A DNA stretch of 64,000 nucleotides from Candidatus Saccharimonadota bacterium (lineage in GTDB: Bacteria; Patescibacteriota; Saccharimonadia; Saccharimonadales; Saccharimonadaceae). Location of the stretch: contig JAFRHO010000005.1 in NCBI GenBank assembly GCA_017433245.1, positions 27,183 through 91,182 on the forward strand, in the 5' to 3' direction. Shown piece after piece: positions 28,671 to 37,199 of this stretch. The translations under genes and the position numbers were made by a program. The notes beneath the pieces are model-generated. The model saw nothing but the letters and a program-made list of their open reading frames with translations. It was not told the DNA's origin and made no database searches. How positions within the stretch are numbered: position 1 is the stretch's first letter; each line of letters opens with the position of its first letter.

Positions 28671-30179
28671 ATGGAAGGCAAAACTCAAGATGGCAAGGCT
28701 GTGAACTGGTGGTTGCAAGGTTTAAAAATCGCCTTAGTGATAGCCCAGGCTGCTACTTCAACGGTGCTGATTATTTCACTGTTAAATATGGGAATTTTGA
28801 GCGGTTGGATTGTAATAATGATTATACTAGGTCTAGTCGGGCTGCTTGCCATAAGCGTAGTGGAATTGGTTTTACATAAGCGTGCCTCCGTAGTAGCACA
28901 AATCATATGCGGTATCATCTCAGTGTTTTGTATTGTCATCAGCTGTTTCGCGATGTCGTATACTGGTGCTTTTAATAGTTTCCTTAGCAAAGTCACCGAG
29001 AAAAAACCTGAAACGAAGAGTTATAGTGTAATAGTGAATGAATCGAGTGATTATATTGCCTTGGATGACTTGCAGCAGAAAAACATTGGCTTTCTCAGTA
29101 CCGATTCAAAAGCTGGCAATGCAGAACAATATCTGAAAGAGCAAATTAGTTTCGATACGGATTCCTATGATGACATAGATTTGTTACTTGGTGTACTTAG
29201 TGGTAATTTAAGTGACGCGATTGTACTGGAGTCTGACCGAGTTGAGGCTCTGGAAGAAACCGAGAAAAACCCACTAGAAGACACTGAAGTAATATATACT
29301 TTTGAAATTGAGTTTGAGAGTGAAGATATTGAGATGACGCCCAAGGTTGTCACCGAAGAGCCTTTCATTCTTTATATTTCCGGTAGTGATTCACGTGAAG
29401 GTGTCAAGGCTACTGCAAGGTCCGATGTCAATATCGTAACCGTAGTAAATCCAAAGGATGCCAAAATACTCTTAGTTTCTATTCCGCGAGATACGTACGT
29501 ACAGCTACATGATACTACGGGAATTAAAGATAAGTTAACTCATGCTGGTGTGTATGGCATTAATATGAGCAAAAATACCATTGAGGACTTCCTAGGAATC
29601 AATATAGACTATACAGTGAAGGTAAGCTTCGATACGGTGATTCAGGTAGTTGACCAACTAGACGGGATTGATATTAATTCAGATACGGCTATGACTCTAG
29701 GAACTATGAATAAAAGGACTTGTGAATTCATAGTAGGCAAGCAGCATGTAGATGGCGAGTGCGCCTTGCGGTTTGCTAGGGAACGCAAAACTTATGAAAC
29801 GGGCGACCGCCATCGTGGCGAAAATCAACAAGAAGTGATTACTGGTATAATAAATAAATTATCAAGTTCGCGTGATTATATTTTGAAGTTGCCGGCAATA
29901 CTGGATATTGCGGCGGATTCGTTCGAAACTTCGTTGTCGCGCGAGGAGATTACGGATTTTATTCGCTTGCAGTTACAAGAACAGCCGAAGTGGAAGGTTG
30001 AGTCCATCGCGGTAAATGGTGCTGGTACGATGTTGCCAACTTATAGTATGGGTTCGAATTTGCCACTCTATGTAATGATTCCTGATGAAGCGACCATAGT
30101 GAGTGCCAAGAATAAAATCGATGAGTATCTAAGAACGCAAAGTGAAGAGATGGAAGATATTGAGGAAAATGAAGATTAA
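28671..30179 (+). CDS. LCP family protein, CpsA/Wzg-like (3 TM, accessory domain, LytR-CpsA-Psr domain)
   Basis: YISGSD, RSDVNI, LVSIPRDTYV, DKLTHAGVYG, ALRFARER, GDRHRGENQQ. Confidence 0.93.
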   Translation: MEGKTQDGKAVNWWLQGLKIALVIAQAATSTVLIISLLNMGILSGWIVIMIILGLVGLLAISVVELVLHKRASVVAQIICGIISVFCIVISCFAMSYTGAFNSFLSKVTEKKPETKSYSVIVNESSDYIALDDLQQKNIGFLSTDSKAGNAEQYLKEQISFDTDSYDDIDLLLGVLSGNLSDAIVLESDRVEALEETEKNPLEDTEVIYTFEIEFESEDIEMTPKVVTEEPFILYISGSDSREGVKATARSDVNIVTVVNPKDAKILLVSIPRDTYVQLHDTTGIKDKLTHAGVYGINMSKNTIEDFLGINIDYTVKVSFDTVIQVVDQLDGIDINSDTAMTLGTMNKRTCEFIVGKQHVDGECALRFARERKTYETGDRHRGENQQEVITGIINKLSSSRDYILKLPAILDIAADSFETSLSREEITDFIRLQLQEQPKWKVESIAVNGAGTMLPTYSMGSNLPLYVMIPDEATIVSAKNKIDEYLRTQSEEMEDIEENED

Positions 30180-30227
30180 ATCTTTAATTATTATGCTTAA
30201 TATGGTATTATAAATGGGAAGGAGAGT

Positions 30228-31583
30228 ATGGAAGAAATAAATATCAAAGAGTATTTTAATTATCTTAAACACTATATTTTTGCGTTTGTCATCGTTGCCG
30301 CTTTGGCAGTTGGGGGAATTATAGCATACGACACGATGGTAAAGAAGCCGTTATATCAGGCAAATACGACTGTAGTGATTGCGCAATCTGATAGTGTTGA
30401 AGGCACCGCAGTTTCCTTAAATGACGTCAACGCTAGTCAGAAATTAGCTAACACTTATAGTGAAATCGCTAAGAGTGAGTTAGTTTTAAACCGCGTAATC
30501 GAAGAATTAGAATTATCAATGTCTAGCAAAGAATTGAGTAAAGGCGTATCAATTAAACCAATCGAAAACACGTCTATTATTAGTATTGCTGTAAAAGATC
30601 AGAATGCAACACGCTCGGCCACCATCGCCAATGGTATTGCAAAGGTATTTGCAGAAGAAATTGCAAAGATTTATAAGTTAGAAAATGTTAGCCAATTAAG
30701 TGTGGCAGTAACACCAACTTCTCCAGCAAATAATACGCTGTCACGCGATATTGTGCTCGCACTTGCCGTAGCGGTGTTTAGTGTAGCAGGGTTTGCATTC
30801 TTAAGGTTCTACTTGGATGATAGCGTCAAACATACTGATGATATCGAGAAGTTATTTGGCTTGGCGGTTGCAGGCAGTATTTCGAAGAGCGATTCCAAGG
30901 TCAAGAATGGTAACGAGCTCATAGTAGCACGAGCGCCAAAGTCAATCGTTAGCGAGAATATTAAGAGTCTACGTACGAATTTGCAGTTTACGGCCGTAGA
31001 TAGGAATTTGAAAACTATTCTAGTGACCAGCACGAACGCAAGTGAAGGTAAGAGCTTCGTATCGTCGAACCTTGCTGTATCCTTTGCGCAAGCAGGCAAA
31101 AAAGTGTTGATTATCGACTGCGACCTCCGTAAAGGACGTTTGCACCGTATGTTCAAGATGTTCAACAACGCGGGTCTCTCGAATCTACTGGCAGACAATA
31201 TTAAGAATATGGCAAGTTATATCCATAATACCACAGTAGAGAAACTTGATATAATTACCTGCGGTACATATCCACCAAACCCGAGTGAACTTCTATCCTC
31301 GCAGCGCAACAAGAAGGTATTGGCAAGCCTGCGTAACCACTATGACATTATTATTCTAGATGGTGCACCGGTGGGTGGTTTGGCTGATTCGGTGATTCTA
31401 GCAAATCTTGTAGACGAAGTACTGATTGTAACGAATGACGGCGCTACCTCACGAAGCGAGTTGACTGCTACCAAAGAAGCTTTACAGAAGGTTAATGCTA
31501 ATATCGCCGGCGTAGTATTCAATAACGTAACTCATCGATCGGCAAAGTATTATAGCTATTACGGAGATCAGAACGAACAATGA
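30228..31583 (+). CDS. Fused chain-length regulator/BY-kinase (CpsC-CpsD fusion)
   Basis: Wzz-like N-domain (PLYQANTTVVI...TYSEIAKSELVL), LRTNL, Walker A EGKS, LIIDCDLRK, PPNPSELL, IILDGAP, Tyr cluster YYSYY. Confidence 0.93.
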   Translation: MEEINIKEYFNYLKHYIFAFVIVAALAVGGIIAYDTMVKKPLYQANTTVVIAQSDSVEGTAVSLNDVNASQKLANTYSEIAKSELVLNRVIEELELSMSSKELSKGVSIKPIENTSIISIAVKDQNATRSATIANGIAKVFAEEIAKIYKLENVSQLSVAVTPTSPANNTLSRDIVLALAVAVFSVAGFAFLRFYLDDSVKHTDDIEKLFGLAVAGSISKSDSKVKNGNELIVARAPKSIVSENIKSLRTNLQFTAVDRNLKTILVTSTNASEGKSFVSSNLAVSFAQAGKKVLIIDCDLRKGRLHRMFKMFNNAGLSNLLADNIKNMASYIHNTTVEKLDIITCGTYPPNPSELLSSQRNKKVLASLRNHYDIIILDGAPVGGLADSVILANLVDEVLIVTNDGATSRSELTATKEALQKVNANIAGVVFNNVTHRSAKYYSYYGDQNEQ

Positions 31584-32290
31584 TAGATATACACTCGCAC
31601 ATTTTGCCTGGGATTGATGATGGTGCGAGGACTTTGGGAGACAGTATAGATATTGTACAGGAATTGTCTAGCCAAGGTGTTACTGATATTGTCGCTACAC
31701 CACATTATATTACTGATACTATCTACACCTCCCCGCGCGAAAATAATACTAAACTATTAATAGAGCTTAGGCGTGTTTTAGCTGAGGCGGGCATTACTGC
31801 GAATGTTTTTCTTGGAAATGAAATCTTTATTGATATCACTATTGCTGAACTACTGAAGCGGAAGGTGGTATCTACGCTGGCCGAAAGCAAATACGTACTT
31901 GTGGAGTTTTCGTTGAATGAAGAGTATCCGAATTATGCGGACATCTTAGGCGACCTGATGGAACAAGGCTATAAAGTCATCCTAGCACATCCGGAAAGAT
32001 ATTTAATGACTCAGAGAGATTACGGAGTGATAGAGAATCTATGTGATATGGGCGTATTGATGCAATGTAACCTAGGCAGTTTTATCGATAAATATGGTAA
32101 AGCTGCTGAGAAATTGGCCGTGCGGCTAGCGAAGGAGAATCGAATTTTTGCGATGGGAAGTGATATCCACCATATTCGAGGAGATAATAGTGTACTTAAA
32201 GCGCAGAAACGGCTGAGAAAGTATTATAATAAGAGCGAGTTGGAACGCGTCTTAGTGAAGAACCCTGGTAAAATTATCAGCGTGGTATAA
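31580..32290 (+). CDS. PHP-family protein-tyrosine phosphatase CpsB/CapC
   Basis: [32 protein letters not shown]. Confidence 0.95.
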   Translation: MIDIHSHILPGIDDGARTLGDSIDIVQELSSQGVTDIVATPHYITDTIYTSPRENNTKLLIELRRVLAEAGITANVFLGNEIFIDITIAELLKRKVVSTLAESKYVLVEFSLNEEYPNYADILGDLMEQGYKVILAHPERYLMTQRDYGVIENLCDMGVLMQCNLGSFIDKYGKAAEKLAVRLAKENRIFAMGSDIHHIRGDNSVLKAQKRLRKYYNKSELERVLVKNPGKIISVV

Positions 32291-32298
32291 TAATAAAT

Positions 32299-34278
32299 AT
32301 GGCTAAATTTGAGTTAGTTTCCAAGTATCAACCGACTGGTGATCAGCCGTCTGCCATTAGACAATTGACGGAAGGGCTTTTGTCGGGCATACACGAGCAG
32401 ACGTTGCTCGGCGTTACGGGTTCTGGTAAAACCTTCACGATGGCTAATATAATTGCAAATGTACAAAGACCAACCCTAATATTGGCGCACAACAAGACCC
32501 TTGCGGCACAGCTATATGCGGAGTTTCGTGAGTTTTTTCCGAAAAATGAAGTACATTATTTTGTCTCATATTTCGATTACTATCAGCCTGAAGCCTACAT
32601 TGCATCTACGGATACCTATATCGAGAAAGATTCAGCAATTAATGACGAAATAGACCGATTGCGGCACGGTACAACCGAGGCGTTGCTCACACGTCGAGAT
32701 GTGATTGTAGTGGCGTCGGTATCTTGTATCTACGGTATTGGTTCGCCGGCAAATTATTTAGAAATGTCATTTGAGATATCTAGGGACAGTAGCCTGTCAC
32801 AGGTAGAGTTTATCAGAAAACTGGTGAATATTCAGTACCATCGGAACGATTTGGCGTTTGAGCGGGGAAATTTCCGTGTGATGGGGGATACAGTGGACTT
32901 ATATCCGGCGAATGGAGAATACGCATATCGGTTCGAGTTCGGCTTCGATACGTTAGAGGACATTAAAATTGTAGATCCGCTGACTTTTGAGGCACGAGAG
33001 AAGCCCGAGAGCGTACATGTTTTTCCAAACACGCACTACGCAACGCCAATGGAGCAATTGGAAAAGGCGTTGGTATCGATTCGAGCAGAGTATGAGGATA
33101 GACTGAAGTATTTCGAGAAGCACCAAAAGTATCTCGAAGCGCAGAGATTGTCGCAGAGAACTAAATATGATCTCGAGATGCTAAAAGAGACTGGTTTCGT
33201 GAAGGGAATCGAGAACTATTCGCGACACTTGGATGGGCGAAAACCCGGTGAACCACCTTCAACATTGCTAGACTTCTTCCCAGAGGATTGGCTGCTCATC
33301 GTAGACGAATCGCATATGACCTTGCCCCAGGTGCGTGGCATGTATAACGGTGATCATGCACGTAAAGTAACGTTAGTGGATTATGGTTTCCGATTGCCGT
33401 CAGCACTAGATAACCGACCACTAACTTATGGTGAATTTCAGAAACATATTAACCAGGCTATCTACGTATCGGCGACGCCGGGCGAGTATGAATTGGAAGT
33501 TTCGCCAGAACCAGCTGAGCAGGTAATTCGTCCGACCGGGCTCCTTGACCCAGAAGTAGAAGTACGTGGCTCGGAGGGGCAGATTGATAACTTAATGGAA
33601 GAAATCGACCGACGTATCGCGAAAGGGCAGAGAACCTTGATTACAACCTTGACTAAGCGTATGGCAGAAGATTTGACTGATCATCTGAAGGAGCGTGGGG
33701 TGAAGACTGCGTATATTCATTCAGATATCGATACACTGGAGCGAGGTGACATCCTGCGTGACCTTCGCGAGGGGGTATATGACGTACTCGTGGGGATTAA
33801 TCTATTACGTGAGGGACTAGATTTACCGGAGGTGTCGCTGGTGGCGATCCTAGATGCGGATAAGGAGGGTTTCTTGCGCTCTGAATCAGCCCTAATCCAG
33901 ACGATTGGCCGCGCAGCGCGGCATGAAGAGGGCAAGGTGATTATGTATGCTGATTTTATTACAGAGAGTATGGAAAAGGCGATTTCGGAAACAAATCGGC
34001 GCCGCGAGATTCAGAAAGAATACAATGCCAAACATGGCATCACGCCGCATTCTGTAGTGAAAGAGATTTCAGCGGGGCTTCGCGCGATTATTCCGGAGAA
34101 GGAAAAGATTGATAAGCTGGACATCAAGAGAATACCCAAGGATGAGCTGCCGGCTTTGATTAAACACCTGTCGTCTGAAATGCAGCTCGCGGCAGCGAAC
34201 TTGGAATTTGAACAAGCGGCAGCGCTAAGAGATGAGATCGAGAAGATTAAAGAATATATAGACGGGAAGAAAAAATAG
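32299..34278 (+). CDS. uvrB: Excinuclease ABC subunit B
   Basis: [56 protein letters not shown]. Confidence 0.98.
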   Translation: MAKFELVSKYQPTGDQPSAIRQLTEGLLSGIHEQTLLGVTGSGKTFTMANIIANVQRPTLILAHNKTLAAQLYAEFREFFPKNEVHYFVSYFDYYQPEAYIASTDTYIEKDSAINDEIDRLRHGTTEALLTRRDVIVVASVSCIYGIGSPANYLEMSFEISRDSSLSQVEFIRKLVNIQYHRNDLAFERGNFRVMGDTVDLYPANGEYAYRFEFGFDTLEDIKIVDPLTFEAREKPESVHVFPNTHYATPMEQLEKALVSIRAEYEDRLKYFEKHQKYLEAQRLSQRTKYDLEMLKETGFVKGIENYSRHLDGRKPGEPPSTLLDFFPEDWLLIVDESHMTLPQVRGMYNGDHARKVTLVDYGFRLPSALDNRPLTYGEFQKHINQAIYVSATPGEYELEVSPEPAEQVIRPTGLLDPEVEVRGSEGQIDNLMEEIDRRIAKGQRTLITTLTKRMAEDLTDHLKERGVKTAYIHSDIDTLERGDILRDLREGVYDVLVGINLLREGLDLPEVSLVAILDADKEGFLRSESALIQTIGRAARHEEGKVIMYADFITESMEKAISETNRRREIQKEYNAKHGITPHSVVKEISAGLRAIIPEKEKIDKLDIKRIPKDELPALIKHLSSEMQLAAANLEFEQAAALRDEIEKIKEYIDGKKK

Positions 34279-34285
34279 CTTATTA

Positions 34286-34303
34286 TGTTCGGGAATTGTT
34301 CGG
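34286..34303 (+). promoter_or_regulatory. Direct repeat TGTTCGG-N4-TGTTCGG, candidate LexA box
   Basis: Contains GTTC-N7-GTTC with 11-bp periodicity, immediately downstream of uvrB. Confidence 0.5.
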
Positions 34304-34375
34304 TAATACACTAGATATAGCGGTTGGTGATATTCAAGGGTTTATTTTTATGCTTTGTTATATTATAATATTTAT

Positions 34376-35308
34376 ATGAACGTGGTGGGAATTGCGGAAA
34401 TTGATAGAATCAAGAAACGCGTACAGATTTGTGATTATCTGGTTGTGGCACAACTTTTTTTGCAAGATAATTTTTTGTTGGAACGGGAACTATCGTTTGA
34501 TGACATCAAAGCTAGACTATTAGGGCACTGGGGGACTTGTCATGGCATTAATGTAGCGTATGCAAATCTAAAAGCCCAATATGGTGAGAATATAAATTAT
34601 AGTTTCATTTTGGGACCGGGACACGGGTTTCCGGCGCTTAACGCTAATTTGTGGCTAGATGGAGAACTGGCCAAGATTGACCCGCGCGCGACAGTGGATC
34701 GAGCAGGATTAAAGTACCTATGTCGGAACTTTTCTTGGCCGGATGGTTTTCCAAGCCATGCGAGCCCATTGACGCCCGGCGTGATTACGGAAGGTGGAGA
34801 ACTTGGTTATGCGCTAGCAAATGCTTATGGAATGTGCCTAGGGCACCCGGAGAAAACCATCGCAGTACTAATTGGCGACGGTGAATTAGAGACTGCAACA
34901 GCAATTGATTCTCTAAATCTGAGAAATCTGTTTGATGGCTCTAATAATGGTAAGGTTTTACCGATTCTACACCTCAACGGTTACAAGATTTCTGCTCCAA
35001 CAATCTATGCACGCAAATCCGAACGAGAATTGAACGAGATGCTGCGCGGATTTGGGTTCGAGCCGTTTGTACTGAATGGCGACGATACAGAAACATTTCA
35101 GGCTGCTTTGCAAACAAAAGCCGGTTCACCGTTCTATGTTATGAAGACAAACAAGGGTGAAGGCGGCCCGAACCGTCATCAAGATGCGCATCAGATACCG
35201 TTAAAGAACCCCAAGACCGATGCGGAAGAATTAAAGCAATTAGAAGAATGGTTGAAATCGTACAATTTTACTGCATTATTTGATGTAGAAAAAGGGGAAA
35301 TGCTATGA
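34376..35308 (+). CDS. Phosphoketolase N-terminal (ThDP-binding) part
   Basis: RLLGHWGT, GPGHG, FSWPDGFPSH, EGGELGY, IGDGELET, LPILHLNGYKI, AHQIP. Confidence 0.92.
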   Translation: MNVVGIAEIDRIKKRVQICDYLVVAQLFLQDNFLLERELSFDDIKARLLGHWGTCHGINVAYANLKAQYGENINYSFILGPGHGFPALNANLWLDGELAKIDPRATVDRAGLKYLCRNFSWPDGFPSHASPLTPGVITEGGELGYALANAYGMCLGHPEKTIAVLIGDGELETATAIDSLNLRNLFDGSNNGKVLPILHLNGYKISAPTIYARKSERELNEMLRGFGFEPFVLNGDDTETFQAALQTKAGSPFYVMKTNKGEGGPNRHQDAHQIPLKNPKTDAEELKQLEEWLKSYNFTALFDVEKGEML

Positions 35309-36477
35309 TAGACGGTTTTTCAAATCCTGGCATAAAAAAGTATTCACCGGCTGATAGATTTGAAGAGCTTCTAATGGCCGAGTTTAAGAATAATCCACAT
35401 TTTTACTTCTTTTCGCCAGATGAGACTACTTCAAATAAATTTGAACGAATTTTTGAGGTAGAAAAACGGGCGTGGGGAAACTTACCAATAGAAGAATGGG
35501 ATTTACCTGAGTCGGCTAACGGCAGAATAATTGAAATGTTATCAGAAAATGTATTATTCTCTGTGATGACAGGGCATCTAGCCAATGGCGAGCCAGCAAT
35601 GCTGGGAAGTTATGAAGCGTTCCTACCGATTATTACAGCACAATTATTACAGCAGATGAAGTTTATTAAGCAATCCAAAACCGTGAGTTGGCGCGAACCG
35701 ATGCCAGCGGTGAATTTGTTATCTACTTCAACTTGTTGGAGACAGGATCATAATGGGTTTACTCATCAATCGCCAGCCCTGATATCTACCTTGTTGTCTG
35801 TACCCTCTAATCTTGCCAACTGCATTTTCCCGATAGACGATGTTGCAGCCGAAGAAAGTTTTTATTTCATGATGAATTCAACTAATGTTGTAAATCTTAC
35901 AACATTTGATAAAAATGAGCGGCCACGTTATATAGATTCGCATCATGCTAATTACGAGTTTGTGAACGGTGGGGCTTCAGTTTATCAGTTTATCTCTGAC
36001 GAAGAACCCGATATTGTGTTTGCAGCTTGTGGTGACATCGTAGCACATGAGGTAATTGAAGCGATTAAAATCTTGAGAGAAGACTTGCCGGGAATCAAAA
36101 TAAGGTTTGTTTATATCAATGCTTTATCTTACCGCGGGATTGGTACTACCGAGAACAAGCTGAGCAAAGAAAAGTTTATGGAATTGTTTACAGAGAACAA
36201 ACCCATCATCGCAAACTTCCACGGTTATCCGGAGACTTTAGAAAACATTCTAGAGAACTATACAGCACGAGGGAGACTACGCGTGCATGGCTTCAATGAA
36301 GAAGGTTCTACCACTACACCATTTGAAATGCTGAGGCGAAATGCCGCTTCACGATATGATGTTGCAATAGACGTGGCAAAACTAGTTGGAAATACAGACT
36401 TAGCGTCTAAATATCAGCAAATCTTGGATGAAAACCACACTTACGCTTTAGACAATGGCGTAGATATGCTACAATAG
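35305..36477 (+). CDS. Phosphoketolase C-terminal part
   Basis: FSPDETTSN, GRIIEMLSE, SYEAF, WRQDHNGFTHQ.P, FHGYP, HGFNEEGSTTTPFEM. Confidence 0.92.
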   Translation: MIDGFSNPGIKKYSPADRFEELLMAEFKNNPHFYFFSPDETTSNKFERIFEVEKRAWGNLPIEEWDLPESANGRIIEMLSENVLFSVMTGHLANGEPAMLGSYEAFLPIITAQLLQQMKFIKQSKTVSWREPMPAVNLLSTSTCWRQDHNGFTHQSPALISTLLSVPSNLANCIFPIDDVAAEESFYFMMNSTNVVNLTTFDKNERPRYIDSHHANYEFVNGGASVYQFISDEEPDIVFAACGDIVAHEVIEAIKILREDLPGIKIRFVYINALSYRGIGTTENKLSKEKFMELFTENKPIIANFHGYPETLENILENYTARGRLRVHGFNEEGSTTTPFEMLRRNAASRYDVAIDVAKLVGNTDLASKYQQILDENHTYALDNGVDMLQ

Positions 36478-36483
36478 TTTCAA

Positions 36484-37167
36484 ATGGAATACTTAATATT
36501 GACAATTTGTGCAGTTATTTTAGCGGAAACTACATTTTTGGTGTTTAAAAAACATGCGCCACTGCGGAGCAGTAAACGCAAAGTATTCGTGGATACTTCG
36601 GCACTAATTGACGGACGAATCGTAAATGTGGCTCGAACGGGATTCCTGGATGGAGATTTGATTATTCTAAAGAGCGTACTGCGCGAGCTGCAGCTTCTCG
36701 CGGATGGGAAAGATACTGATAAGCGTTTGCGAGCACGTGCCGGGCTAGATAATGTCGCCGAGCTTGAGCGCGTAATTGAAATAAATACAGAGGTTCTAGA
36801 TGACGGTGAGGACCCGAAAAAAGTCGACGATGCATTACTGAGGTTCGCACGTGAGTATGGCGGCGTGGTGTTAACTCTGGATTATAATCTTATCAAAGTA
36901 GCCGAAGCGGAGAAAATTGGCACATTGAATCTGAATGATCTTGCACTCGCTACAAAAACAGATTTTAAGGCTGGTGAAAGGGCTAAGCTTAAGATTACCG
37001 AAAAGGGTTCCGGGCGTGGACAGGGAATTGGGCATCTCGAAAATGGAGCAATGGTAGTCGTAGAACGTGCCGCTGGCAAAGTTGGCAAAGAGGTTACGGT
37101 AGAATTTGAGCGCCTACATGAAACCTCCGCTGGTAGAATTATCTTTGCCAGACTAGCCAAAGGGTAG
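36484..37167 (+). CDS. Membrane-anchored PIN/TRAM domain protein (YacL-like)
   Basis: VDTSALIDGRI, VLRELQLLAD, R.R.GLD, T.DYNL.KVA, QGIGHL..G.MVVVE. Confidence 0.9.
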   Translation: MEYLILTICAVILAETTFLVFKKHAPLRSSKRKVFVDTSALIDGRIVNVARTGFLDGDLIILKSVLRELQLLADGKDTDKRLRARAGLDNVAELERVIEINTEVLDDGEDPKKVDDALLRFAREYGGVVLTLDYNLIKVAEAEKIGTLNLNDLALATKTDFKAGERAKLKITEKGSGRGQGIGHLENGAMVVVERAAGKVGKEVTVEFERLHETSAGRIIFARLAKG

Positions 37168-37199
37168 GTTTAGCGCCTATTCCGCTTATGTTTTAGTGG

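Noticed and set aside
35280-35320. Programmed frameshift or pseudogene explanation for the split phosphoketolase
   Set aside because: ATGA overlap with an SD-like motif and an apparently deleted linker fit two genes better; a sequencing error is not fully excluded without reads.
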